64,000 nt of DNA, taken from the NCBI GenBank assembly GCA_019058295.1, contig JAHPZI010000006.1:64001-128000 (forward strand), given 5' to 3'. This DNA comes from Promethearchaeota archaeon. Lineage in GTDB: Archaea > Asgardarchaeota > Lokiarchaeia > Sigyniarchaeales > SOKP01. A program made the position numbers and the translations under genes. Below are positions 29,079-38,704 of the stretch, piece by piece; positions within the stretch are counted from its first letter, which is position 1, and each line of letters opens with the position of its first letter. The notes under the pieces are model-generated. The model ran no database searches. It was not told the origin of the DNA and was given only the letters and a program-made list of their open reading frames with translations.

Positions 29079-29927
29079 ATGCCAAAAATTGAAATTAGAT
29101 GCCCAGCTTGTAATAAAAAAGGATATATGGAAGTAGATGGAGTCATTTTAGAAAGGAAAATGGAACGGGGCATTATGACTATAAATTTAGGAAAAGATCA
29201 AATATGTGAGCATACATTCGTAGCCTATATTGATAATAATCTCCAAGTGAGAGATTGTTTTATAACCGATTTTCAAATCGAAATTCCAGAATTAGCTCCA
29301 TCTGAAATAGTTTTAGAAACAAAAATTCCCAGTTCTGAAGAGCTTAATGTAGATTTGATCAAAATGAACTTCTATCCCCTTACACTAACTTTTATTATAA
29401 GAGGAGGTTTTTTAAACAAAAAAATATTAGTTTTGAGTGAAGATGAATTTTTAAATAATTTTCTCAAGAATTTCTTCGAATTTATTTATAAAAATTCCTT
29501 TAATTTAGATATTATCATTTTGTCAATGGAAAAATATAAAAAAAATAAGAAGAATTATGAAGACTTCTTAATTATTAAAGACAAAAAGATTATAAGAGAT
29601 AAGGATAAAATACTTGATGTTAAAAAACTAAAAATAGAAAGTTTAATTATTCAAAGGTTTTATTCTGAATATATAGCAAATTCTAGCTTACTTTTTCTGA
29701 AAAATGAAATTTATAAAACTTATTTATTATCAAAAAGCATTGTAGATTTTATTAAAGAATTTAAAGGAGAAGAATTACTTTCAAAAAATATCCTTGATAA
29801 TTTAGAAAAAGTTCATAATGTTAAAATACAAATACCATATTTGGATTTCTTACTTGAAATTGTTAAAAATTATTTTAAAGTGGAAGTGCCAAAAACATCT
29901 AAAATTTCAGATTTCCTAAAATTTTAA
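29079..29927 (+). CDS. Hypothetical protein with N-terminal CPxC...CxH zinc-binding domain
   Basis: CPAC...ICEHTFVAYID..LQVRD, a pattern I recall from Lokiarchaeal hypothetical proteins. Confidence 0.7.
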   Translation: MPKIEIRCPACNKKGYMEVDGVILERKMERGIMTINLGKDQICEHTFVAYIDNNLQVRDCFITDFQIEIPELAPSEIVLETKIPSSEELNVDLIKMNFYPLTLTFIIRGGFLNKKILVLSEDEFLNNFLKNFFEFIYKNSFNLDIIILSMEKYKKNKKNYEDFLIIKDKKIIRDKDKILDVKKLKIESLIIQRFYSEYIANSSLLFLKNEIYKTYLLSKSIVDFIKEFKGEELLSKNILDNLEKVHNVKIQIPYLDFLLEIVKNYFKVEVPKTSKISDFLKF

Positions 29928-30010
29928 CATGAATTTTATATATAAGAGCATTGATTTATATTATAAATAAAAATATATCATAAAAATATAGAAAAAGTTG
30001 AAATCTGCCT

Positions 30011-30745
30011 ATGGCGTTATATATATTACCAACTGAACAATTAATTAGTGGATTATTCAGCCTTTTTTTTGTGATAATCTCATTAATTATTGGATTAATG
30101 TTAATCTCGAAATATTTCAGATATAAACAAAGTAACTTTTTATTAGTTGGTTTGACGTGGATTGGAATGGTTTCAATATGGTATCCTAGCGCAATCAATG
30201 TAATATATTTTTCCATTACAGGTAAGAGTATATCGGATTTATTATTTATGGCAATTGGAAATGGTTTAATTCCAATTACCGCATTTATTTGGATGATTAC
30301 GTTTACAGATCTTTTATATAAAGAGAAACAAAAAATAATTCTTATAATATTTGGGATTTTAAGCATTTTAACTGAAATCATATTCTTCTATTTTCTCTTT
30401 ACAGAACCATCTGTTCTTGGAAAAGTAGTATCCCCTGTAGACGCTATAACGACATTACCGGTTATAATTTATCATATATCCATATTACTCATGATCTTAA
30501 TAACAGGGATATTAATATGGAGAGAATCTTTAAAATCCACTGATCCAGAAGTTAATTTAAAAGGAAAATTACTTCTTACAGCAGTTTTATCTTTTATCAC
30601 TGGGGCCATTTTTGAAATTTTTAGCGATTTATCAATTATTATAATAATTATAGGTAGATTAATATTGATTTCCTCGAGTCTCGAATTTTATATGGGCTGG
30701 ATACTTCCATCGTTTATCAAAAATCGATTATTAAAAGAGAGTTAA
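30011..30745 (+). CDS. Approximately 7-TM membrane protein, hypothetical
   Basis: About seven hydrophobic segments, no soluble domain. Confidence 0.75.
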   Translation: MALYILPTEQLISGLFSLFFVIISLIIGLMLISKYFRYKQSNFLLVGLTWIGMVSIWYPSAINVIYFSITGKSISDLLFMAIGNGLIPITAFIWMITFTDLLYKEKQKIILIIFGILSILTEIIFFYFLFTEPSVLGKVVSPVDAITTLPVIIYHISILLMILITGILIWRESLKSTDPEVNLKGKLLLTAVLSFITGAIFEIFSDLSIIIIIIGRLILISSSLEFYMGWILPSFIKNRLLKES

Positions 30746-30779
30746 TTTAAAATTAACTTATTATTTTTTTTTTAATCTT

Positions 30780-33653
30780 TCAGTTAGAAAAATTCAGAGA
30801 TTTTTTTAAATATTTAGCTGTATATGATCTTTCATTTCTAATAATCTCTTCCGGACTTCCCATAACAACAATTTCACCCCCTTCATCACCACCTTCTGGA
30901 CCTAAATCAATAATATAATCCACAGATTTTATAATTTCCATATTATGCTCAATAATTATTACGGTATTGCCTTTATCGACTAATCTTTGAAGGACTTTTA
31001 ACAAAATCTTTATATCATAAGCACTTAATCCTGTTGTTGGTTCATCTAGAATATAGAGAGTATTGCCTGTACTCGTTTTTCTTAATTCCCTAGCAATTTT
31101 TAGCCTTTGAGATTCTCCTCCACTTAAAGTTGTTGATGATTGTCCCAATTCTAGGTAACCTAAGCCAACATCCACAACAGTTTTTAGCGTTCTTTTTAGG
31201 TTTGGAAAACTATCAAAGAATTGTAAAGCGTGATCAAAAGTCATGTCCAGAACGTCTGAAATTGTTTTTTTCTTAAATTTAATTTCAAGAGTTTCCGCAT
31301 TATATCGCTTTCCTTTACATAAATCACATCTAATATAAACATCAGGAAGAAAATACATTTCCTTAAGGATGTAGCCTGTGCCTCTACATTTTCTACAATG
31401 ACCTGCCTTTGTATTAAAGCTGAATCTCCCTTTTTTATATCCTCTTTCTCTAGATTCCTGTAATGCAGCAAATATATCTCTAATATAATCCATAGCTTTA
31501 GAATAAGTTGCGGGAACTGACCTTGGTGTCTTTCCTATTGGTGATTGATCAATATTAATGATTTTATCAATGTTCTCAAATCCATTTATTTCATCAAAAT
31601 CACCTGTCCTTAATTTAGAGCTTCGAATATTAACAAGATTATGTAATCCTTTATAAAGACATTCAATAAACAAACTAGTTTTACCAGCTCCTGAAACTCC
31701 TGTTACACACGTAAATATTTCTAATGGAATTTTTACATTTACATTTTTTAAATTGTTTTCTCTAGCGCCTTTAATCTCAATAAAGTCATCTCCAATATTT
31801 CTTCTTTTTTTAGGGATTGCAATTTTCTCTTTTCCAGATAAATATTTTCCAGTTAAACTATTTGCTTTTATTATGTCTTCGACTGGCCCTTCTGCAACTA
31901 TTTCTCCACCGTGTTCTCCTGCCATTGGTCCTAAATCAATGATATGGTCAGCATTTCTAATTACAGCATCATCATGTTCTACAACTAATACAGTATTTCC
32001 TAAATTTCTCAATTTCTTTAGCATATTAACTAATCGAGAGATATCTCTCTGGTGTAAACCTACTGTAGGTTCATCTAAGACATATAAAACACCCACTAAA
32101 GTTGAACCTAATTGAGTTGCTAATCTTATTCTCTCTGCTTCTCCAACAGATAATGTATCTGATCTTCGACTTAATTGAATATAGTCTAATCCAACATTAT
32201 TCAAGAATGAGAGTCTATCCTTAATCTCTTTTAATACATCTTTTACAATAGTTTTCTGAATATCATCAATGCCTAAACTTTCAAAAAATTTTATAGAGTC
32301 TTTTACGGGTAGATTTGTTAATTCAGCGATATTTAAGTCATTAATTGTAACAGCTAAACTTTCAGGCTTTAATTTTTGCCCATTACATTTAGGACAATCA
32401 ATTCGATTCATAAAGCTCTCATAGACTTCACGAGCTCCTTCTGACGTGGTCTCCATATACCTCCGATGTAGCATAGGAATTAAACCTTCAAATGGTCGAG
32501 CCGTTTTCCAGGATGTAAAAGATTCATTATTAGAATTCCTATAGTCATTTCTATCACTAACAAAATGAAAATTTATATTTTCATCCCCTGAACCAAATAA
32601 TAATTTTTGCAATTTATTGGGATCAATTTCTTTAATTGGTGTTTCATCAATATCGAAATCATAATGTTCTGACACTTGATTTATCATTTGCCATGAATAG
32701 CCTGTTGAAGATCTAAATCCTGGTATATTTCTTATACCACTTTCTGCCAGTGGAACAAAAACATTATTTCCCAATATTAAACTATAATCAAATTCCATTA
32801 CAGTGCCCAATCCATTACAATATTTGCAACTACCATGGGGTATATTAAATGAAAACATTTTATGGTCAAGAGGAGGTAAAGAAATTTGGCAATCTAAACA
32901 TGCATAGTGTTCGGAATATATTTGCTCATTTTTTCCTATTAATTCAACAAGAACAATTCCTTCAGTTAATTCCAATGCTGTTTCTATAGAATCAGCAAGC
33001 CGAGTTTTAATGTCCTCTTTCATAACAAGCCTATCGATTATAACATTAATATTGTGTTTCACATGTTTTTCCATTGGAATTTCTTCATCAAGAGTATATT
33101 GAATCCCATCAACTTCTACACGAACATATCCTTGTTTTTTTAGATCTTGTAAAAGTTCTTTATACTCACCTTTTCGATCTCGTATTAAAGGTGCTTTAAT
33201 TATGAATTTTTGATTCTCTTTTAGAGACTTTAGAATTTGATTTATAATTTGTTGAGGTGTTTGAGGTTTGATCTCTTTTCCGCAATTTGGACAATGCGGT
33301 ATCCCTATATTTGCGAATAATAGTCTGTAATAATCGTAAATTTCAGTTACAGTTCCTACGGTACTTCGAGGATTTTTTGAAAGAGGTTTTTGCTCAATTG
33401 CGATAGCAGGTGATAACCCCTCAATAGAATCGACATCTGGTTTGTCCATCTCTCCTAGAAACTGTCTTGCATAGCTTGAGAGAGACTCCAAAAATCTTCT
33501 TTGACCCTCAGCAAATAGAGTATCAATAACTAATGAACTCTTACCACTTCCAGAAACGCCAGTAACAACTACGAGCTTATTTCTGGGAATATTTACGTCA
33601 ATATTCTTTAAATTATGCTGTCTAGCTCCCTTGATTATTATATAATCATTCAT
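30780..33653 (-). CDS. uvrA: Excinuclease ABC subunit A
   Basis: Two Walker A motifs (GVSGSGKSS, GVSGAGKT), zinc fingers, LSVGE/LSGGE signatures, LDEPT. Confidence 0.98.
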   Translation of the reverse strand: MNDYIIIKGARQHNLKNIDVNIPRNKLVVVTGVSGSGKSSLVIDTLFAEGQRRFLESLSSYARQFLGEMDKPDVDSIEGLSPAIAIEQKPLSKNPRSTVGTVTEIYDYYRLLFANIGIPHCPNCGKEIKPQTPQQIINQILKSLKENQKFIIKAPLIRDRKGEYKELLQDLKKQGYVRVEVDGIQYTLDEEIPMEKHVKHNINVIIDRLVMKEDIKTRLADSIETALELTEGIVLVELIGKNEQIYSEHYACLDCQISLPPLDHKMFSFNIPHGSCKYCNGLGTVMEFDYSLILGNNVFVPLAESGIRNIPGFRSSTGYSWQMINQVSEHYDFDIDETPIKEIDPNKLQKLLFGSGDENINFHFVSDRNDYRNSNNESFTSWKTARPFEGLIPMLHRRYMETTSEGAREVYESFMNRIDCPKCNGQKLKPESLAVTINDLNIAELTNLPVKDSIKFFESLGIDDIQKTIVKDVLKEIKDRLSFLNNVGLDYIQLSRRSDTLSVGEAERIRLATQLGSTLVGVLYVLDEPTVGLHQRDISRLVNMLKKLRNLGNTVLVVEHDDAVIRNADHIIDLGPMAGEHGGEIVAEGPVEDIIKANSLTGKYLSGKEKIAIPKKRRNIGDDFIEIKGARENNLKNVNVKIPLEIFTCVTGVSGAGKTSLFIECLYKGLHNLVNIRSSKLRTGDFDEINGFENIDKIINIDQSPIGKTPRSVPATYSKAMDYIRDIFAALQESRERGYKKGRFSFNTKAGHCRKCRGTGYILKEMYFLPDVYIRCDLCKGKRYNAETLEIKFKKKTISDVLDMTFDHALQFFDSFPNLKRTLKTVVDVGLGYLELGQSSTTLSGGESQRLKIARELRKTSTGNTLYILDEPTTGLSAYDIKILLKVLQRLVDKGNTVIIIEHNMEIIKSVDYIIDLGPEGGDEGGEIVVMGSPEEIIRNERSYTAKYLKKSLNFSN

Positions 33654-33813
33654 AAATAATTGCTTATAGTAAAGTAAAATTTGAGATTAATAAAGCACAT
33701 CTTCTAGGTTACTTAAAAGATCGGTTCTTGGTAAACTTTATGAAAAACGTAAACTCTTAAGATTTCTTTTTCTGAGACTTAACCATGATAGAAAGTCATT
33801 CTTCTTTTTGTAT

Positions 33814-34536
33814 TTAATACCCCCAAGGAGGCGGATCGAATATAGTACCATCTCCTATTAAGTCTTCATCAGCATCATCAAACTCTTCATCTTCATAATA
33901 ACTTGTTTTTATAGATCTGAAATATGAAGGGAGTTCCTTAAAGAATTTATTTGGCATATATAATACTTCAAGTGATTTAAGATTAATAAATGATTTAGGA
34001 AGCGATTTTAGCTTATTATCAAGTATATTTAATTTTCTAAGATTTCTTAAATTACCTAAAGAATCTGGAAGGTATTTGAGTTTAGTATGAAATAAATTAA
34101 GATCTATCAAGGATTGTAATTCTCCTATCGGCTCGGGAATCACTTTTAATGAATTTCTACTTAAATCTAATACCTCAAGCATCTCTAAATCAAATATCTG
34201 CTTCGGAAATAATTTAAACTTGTTTTCTTTCAGACTTAGGTATTGAAGCGATGCAAGGTTGGTGATTGATTCGGGAAGAGCTTTTAACTTGTTTTTCTCT
34301 AAATCTAATTCTTTTAAGAACTTAAGTTCACAAATAGTCTTAGGTAAGAATTTTAATTTACAATTAGATAAACCTAATTTTGTTATATTCTTCCCATCAG
34401 ATTCAAATCCAAACTCAAAGAATCCTTTTCCATAGGTTCGAGTAATAGGTCTTTTTATGAGTTGCTCTAATTCTGTTAATGCCTTAGCTTCGGATTTCGG
34501 GATTTCTGCGCCTCTAAAGGAAAATAATTTACTCAT
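33814..34536 (-). CDS. Leucine-rich repeat protein (short, acidic C-terminal tail)
   Basis: About six 23-aa LRRs; N-cap similar to 16438..17832. Confidence 0.92.
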   Translation of the reverse strand: MSKLFSFRGAEIPKSEAKALTELEQLIKRPITRTYGKGFFEFGFESDGKNITKLGLSNCKLKFLPKTICELKFLKELDLEKNKLKALPESITNLASLQYLSLKENKFKLFPKQIFDLEMLEVLDLSRNSLKVIPEPIGELQSLIDLNLFHTKLKYLPDSLGNLRNLRKLNILDNKLKSLPKSFINLKSLEVLYMPNKFFKELPSYFRSIKTSYYEDEEFDDADEDLIGDGTIFDPPPWGY

Positions 34537-34588
34537 AATTTAATCTCTTTTTAGCTTATTCAAGATAAAATGTCAAATTTGTTGTCAT

Positions 34589-35128
34589 TTAAGGTATTCC
34601 TTGTTTGTATTTCAAGATTAATCGCTCGGTTTCTTTATACTCAGTAACCCATTGATCGCTTATAATATATGGGTCTTGATTCTTAATATAAATATAAATA
34701 AACCAAAATAACCCTTTGGAAAGACCTTTTTTGTTTTTGACTGTCTTTCTTTCTGATTTAGAATTTGTTATTATATCAAATGGAATGAAAATGCGTTTTA
34801 AGGGAATTAATGGATTAAATTTTTCAGCTAAAATATGATCTTTTCGATATTCAATTTTTCTGACTAATACCCCATTTTCATAAATGACAACATAGGTTAA
34901 GAAAAACCGAATAATCCAAAAAATAAAAAACATCCCTGAAATCAAAATAAGAGCACTAATTATTAATTTAAACACATCAAATGTATTTAGAATATTCAAG
35001 AAATTTAAGTAAAATCCGAGCAGTCCAATGGAGGTAAAAAAAAAACCCATAAAGCATAGAATAACAATTCCAAACCAAGGTCTATGTGCTTTACTTTTAA
35101 ATAATAATTTACCTCTTTTAGCTTTCAT
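34589..35128 (-). CDS. 2-TM membrane protein with probable PH-like soluble domain
   Basis: Two TM helices followed by VVIYENGVLV...FIPFDIIT, a bacterial PH-like pattern. Confidence 0.65.
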   Translation of the reverse strand: MKAKRGKLLFKSKAHRPWFGIVILCFMGFFFTSIGLLGFYLNFLNILNTFDVFKLIISALILISGMFFIFWIIRFFLTYVVIYENGVLVRKIEYRKDHILAEKFNPLIPLKRIFIPFDIITNSKSERKTVKNKKGLSKGLFWFIYIYIKNQDPYIISDQWVTEYKETERLILKYKQGIP

Positions 35129-35164
35129 AAGAATTGTCTTCTATGTTTTTTTTATTAGGAATAA

Positions 35165-35800
35165 TTATGTAAGATTTAGATTCTCCAAAGTTTTTTTTGC
35201 TATTTCCTTGTCTTCTTTTGAAAGAGAATCTAAAAAAAAATTAATTTCATCTTTTATGAGAAAAATTATATCCTCAAAAGCAAATCTAGTAAAAAATCTT
35301 GATATTTTTTCACATAATACTTTTTGTGCTTCATTCTTTAATCTCGCTACAAAATATTTTTCAAGACTTCCAGTAAAAAATTCATAGGGTATCAGAAATA
35401 GATTTTTAAAGTCTAATAATTTGGGTTCCTTAAATAACTCAATCTCGTCAGAAGGGGGAAAATAATGTATTCTAGTATCATCTCTTATAATACTCTTTAT
35501 TCCTTTGATCCTTTTCTCTAAGTTGCTCGGAGAAAGTTTATCTTTTGGTAATTTTTTTAGTTCAGCAAATAAAATTGAAGAATTTGGTCTTATATCACAA
35601 GATTGTGATAAAATAACACCCGTAGTTAAAAAAGGTCTGACATTATAACTAGCTTTTTTTGGTAATTTGTCTGAATTTAAAGACTTTAACCATTCTTCCT
35701 TTATCTTGCTAAAATCAATTTGATTTGGAGTAATTTTCGGGAGATTTTGTAAAATATCTCCTTGATTGAGATAATCAGGGATTTCTTTTATGTAAATCAT
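35165..35800 (-). CDS. Hypothetical protein with QGDIL...ILSQSCDI motif; possible PemK/MazF-like fold
   Basis: LNQGDIL...GVILSQSCDI...ILFAEL...LLDFKNLF...RL...FFTRFA. Confidence 0.55.
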   Translation of the reverse strand: MIYIKEIPDYLNQGDILQNLPKITPNQIDFSKIKEEWLKSLNSDKLPKKASYNVRPFLTTGVILSQSCDIRPNSSILFAELKKLPKDKLSPSNLEKRIKGIKSIIRDDTRIHYFPPSDEIELFKEPKLLDFKNLFLIPYEFFTGSLEKYFVARLKNEAQKVLCEKISRFFTRFAFEDIIFLIKDEINFFLDSLSKEDKEIAKKTLENLNLT

Positions 35801-35815
35801 TTAAATTCAGTATAA

Positions 35816-36427
35816 CTAATAATTTAATATTCTAGATACATCTTCTTCAAATCTAATATGATTTTCCGTTTCTTTTTCTAACATTTTCAAACAATCAATT
35901 AAATCTTTTATAGTATCAATATACTCCAGAGGAGTATTGGATAATAATGAATTTTTATAAGATTCTAGAAAATTTAGATCAATCCAATAAGTCGGACAAA
36001 TTTTCCATTGAAGAGCAGCATTTATTTTATCAAATGTCTCAGAATTTATCATATCGAGACCAAATAATTGAAATATCTCGAAAATTTGTCCAAATGTAAA
36101 AAAAATCTGCTTTTTTGTTTTTTTTGAATCTAAAAGAATATTTTCTATAAATTTATCGAAAATTTGAGGTAATATTTCTTTAAAGCCAAAATAAATTTTC
36201 TTTAAAGCCAATATTATTTTATTTAATATTTCATAAAGGAAATTAAAAAATCGTACAATAAAACTTTCACTCTCTTCAATAGCAAGGGTTGGAGCTGTGG
36301 TAATTTCTGTGCTTTCATATTTTTCAATATCCTCGAATTCTTCGAAATTTCTATAAGCATTAAATAAACTTTCTGATAAATTTTTGATAATATCTTCATT
36401 ATATAACGCAGATTGAACTTCAGTCAT
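35816..36427 (-). CDS. Hypothetical helical protein (middle gene of triad)
   Basis: ATG at 36427 lies just inside the 3' end of the upstream gene (aATGACTGA), suggesting translational coupling. Confidence 0.7.
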   Translation of the reverse strand: MTEVQSALYNEDIIKNLSESLFNAYRNFEEFEDIEKYESTEITTAPTLAIEESESFIVRFFNFLYEILNKIILALKKIYFGFKEILPQIFDKFIENILLDSKKTKKQIFFTFGQIFEIFQLFGLDMINSETFDKINAALQWKICPTYWIDLNFLESYKNSLLSNTPLEYIDTIKDLIDCLKMLEKETENHIRFEEDVSRILNY

Positions 36428-37154
36428 TTTTTTTAACACCTAAAGTTTGCCTTAAATTTTCACTCATTATATTGAAGAAATAATCAATAATGGTATCATG
36501 AACATAATTTAAATCATCAATTAAGATCTGTTCATCATCAATTGAGAATTCTTTCTGCTTTAAATAAATACTTTCTAATCGAAATAGAAAAGATTCAATT
36601 TCTTTTATTGGTATTCCACGTAATCTAATTATAAATGTATCATTTTCCAGAGTATTTATTTTAATACCGGTATGAAAATCATTAAAGTCAATGCTCCACT
36701 TTTCTGGTTTATTAATAGACAAATTAAAATAATTGCCTAGATCAAAATTCTTTTTTGGAAAAGTAAATTCATCAATATATTCCATTCTAAATTGCTCAAT
36801 TTTATCTATTTCTAGGATCTTGCATGAATTTAATACCAATTTGACTATTTCCCCTTTTATTTCATTCCAATGCGTATATTCCGTGAAAATAAATATTAGA
36901 CCATCTGAAAAAAACTGAATTTGTCCACTTTTTTCTTTATTTAAAAATCTAATAGGTCCTATTTGAATTGGGACTTTTGCCTTTATTTTAACATCATAAG
37001 GATATTCTATAATATCTAAACTAGGAGCATTAGGATAATCTTTTTTAAGAAGCTCTTCAACTTTGGACATCATTTCAAATGATATTTTCTCAGGCTTTTT
37101 AAATTTAAAATCTATCCTAAAAGTTTTAAGAGGTGGCTTTTCTATTGTTAGCAT
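36420..37154 (-). CDS. TIGR04255-like family protein
   Basis: N-terminal KPPL...F, YTHWNE, IEQFRMEYIDEF, C-terminal LNYVHD...F...SE pattern and about 245-aa size. Confidence 0.65.
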   Translation of the reverse strand: MLTIEKPPLKTFRIDFKFKKPEKISFEMMSKVEELLKKDYPNAPSLDIIEYPYDVKIKAKVPIQIGPIRFLNKEKSGQIQFFSDGLIFIFTEYTHWNEIKGEIVKLVLNSCKILEIDKIEQFRMEYIDEFTFPKKNFDLGNYFNLSINKPEKWSIDFNDFHTGIKINTLENDTFIIRLRGIPIKEIESFLFRLESIYLKQKEFSIDDEQILIDDLNYVHDTIIDYFFNIMSENLRQTLGVKKND

Positions 37155-37332
37155 TGTTTTTTTCTAATATTATTTATGAATATATTGTCATTTACCAATA
37201 AATTTTTTATGTTTATAAAATCCTTGAAAAAGAAACTAAAAAACGCCAAGAGAGAACTAATATTAGAAAGTTGAAATAGAATGTAAGGGAGAAGGGATAA
37301 AAGAGAATCCAATAATTATTGAATCCGTATCA

Positions 37333-37470
37333 CTAATAGGTTTTTCTTTTGTTCGATTTTTCATCTCTCCTTGATTTACTTGATTGAAGGAAATGATTAA
37401 TAAGGTAAATAATAGCGGAAACAAATCCAATAATTGCTGTTGCTAGATTAATCAAATCTGAGATATTCAT
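37333..37470 (-). CDS. 45-aa single-TM peptide with basic C-terminus
   Basis: MNISDLINLATAIIGFVSAIIYLINHFLQSSKSRRDEKSNKRKTY; below the ORF-track cutoff. Confidence 0.45.
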   Translation of the reverse strand: MNISDLINLATAIIGFVSAIIYLINHFLQSSKSRRDEKSNKRKTY

Positions 37471-37552
37471 TTTACTTTTTTATGAAAATAATATTTTTAT
37501 TTTGTTAATACTTAAATAGAAAGATTGACTTATTTTATTTATGGTGACTAGA

Positions 37553-37570
37553 ATGGTCAACATTGACTAT
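37553..37570. promoter_or_regulatory. Imperfect palindrome atgGTCAAcaTTGACtat in a divergent promoter; candidate operator
   Basis: GTCAA-N2-TTGAC dyad with additional TGACT half-sites nearby (about 37526 and 37545). Confidence 0.35.
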
Positions 37571-37607
37571 TTAATATTAAAACATAATCAATAATAACTT
37601 TAAGAAA

Positions 37608-38639
37608 ATGATTAATAAAGCAAATATCTATAGCATTTCTCTTATCATAGAGTATCTGTGGTATAATCCTCGTCGTAAAATGGAGGATTTAATTAAAAAT
37701 AAAGTAAGAAGTAAGAATACTTTAAAACGCTATTTATATGGTCAGAGATATGGATATAGTGACGACGAAAGCTTAATAGATAATGGAATTTTAATTGCTC
37801 ATTCTACAACAAAGAAAAAAAGTAGAAAAACTGGTAAAATAAAATCTTACCCTGATGAATTTGAAGTTAATCAAGATTGGTTAATTTCGAATATTAATAA
37901 ATTTCCTAATATAAAAAAAGTAATCCGTTTTGGTAATGAGGATTTTGGATATGAATTCTATACTGTTGATGAAGCACGAAAAAAAATCGAAGAAGATAAG
38001 GGATATAGAGAAATGGATGCAATTTATCAAATTTATGAGAGTATCTTTGCAAATTCTATTTCTCATGAAATAAAACAAAATCCCAATTCAAAGTCATTTT
38101 ATTTCTCTGAAGAACAAAGAATTGCAAAAAGCTGGTTGATATATGGATTATTACTTATTTCTTTCGCATATAACCCAGATTTATGGAATTCATTAGAAAA
38201 AGTGGATGATTTTAATTTTGAAATGACAATTAAAATAGATATTCCAAAAGAATATCAAAATGATTTCTTTAATGCTTTTCAAAAAGTAAGGGATTTTTGC
38301 ATGAAAAAAAAACAGTTACCTTCTTCCTTAAAATTTCCCTTAGAAAAAAGTTTAGCACATATTCGTAGAATGAGTAAAGGACTTCTTATTAAAAATCCAC
38401 CAAAGACGTCAAAGGAGGATAAAAAAGAAATACCATTCCATAATGATCTTGATGTGTTTGAGGCTGTCGCATATATGCAACAAGGAACTTATGAGGAAAA
38501 TAAAAATAAGATTAATGCTGAAAATAAAAAGGATTTAAGAGAACTCATCGAACTTTTAAAAATATCAAAACCTTACTACCAAGGAAGCCAAGAATTAAAA
38601 TCGATTAATAAGCAATTGAAAAAAGTAAAAAAAAAATAA
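37608..38639 (+). CDS. Hypothetical protein with probable N-terminal winged helix-turn-helix
   Basis: IIEYLWYNPRRKMEDLIKNKVRSKNTLKRYL...LIDNGIL followed by a basic wing. Confidence 0.6.
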   Translation: MINKANIYSISLIIEYLWYNPRRKMEDLIKNKVRSKNTLKRYLYGQRYGYSDDESLIDNGILIAHSTTKKKSRKTGKIKSYPDEFEVNQDWLISNINKFPNIKKVIRFGNEDFGYEFYTVDEARKKIEEDKGYREMDAIYQIYESIFANSISHEIKQNPNSKSFYFSEEQRIAKSWLIYGLLLISFAYNPDLWNSLEKVDDFNFEMTIKIDIPKEYQNDFFNAFQKVRDFCMKKKQLPSSLKFPLEKSLAHIRRMSKGLLIKNPPKTSKEDKKEIPFHNDLDVFEAVAYMQQGTYEENKNKINAENKKDLRELIELLKISKPYYQGSQELKSINKQLKKVKKK

Positions 38640-38704
38640 TTTCTATCAAATTTTAACCAAAAATATAAAAGCTGTTATTTCTTAAATAATAGAGAAGGAA
38701 CTTA

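Noticed and set aside
29956-30381. 141-aa minus-strand ORF
   Set aside because: Antisense shadow of the 7-TM membrane gene.
33654-33813. Possible SECIS or structured RNA upstream of uvrA
   Set aside because: No convincing stem with the AUGA/GA quartet, and no in-frame UGA selenoprotein candidate nearby.
35028-35387. 119-aa plus-strand ORF in the island
   Set aside because: Antisense to two better-supported genes; no motifs.
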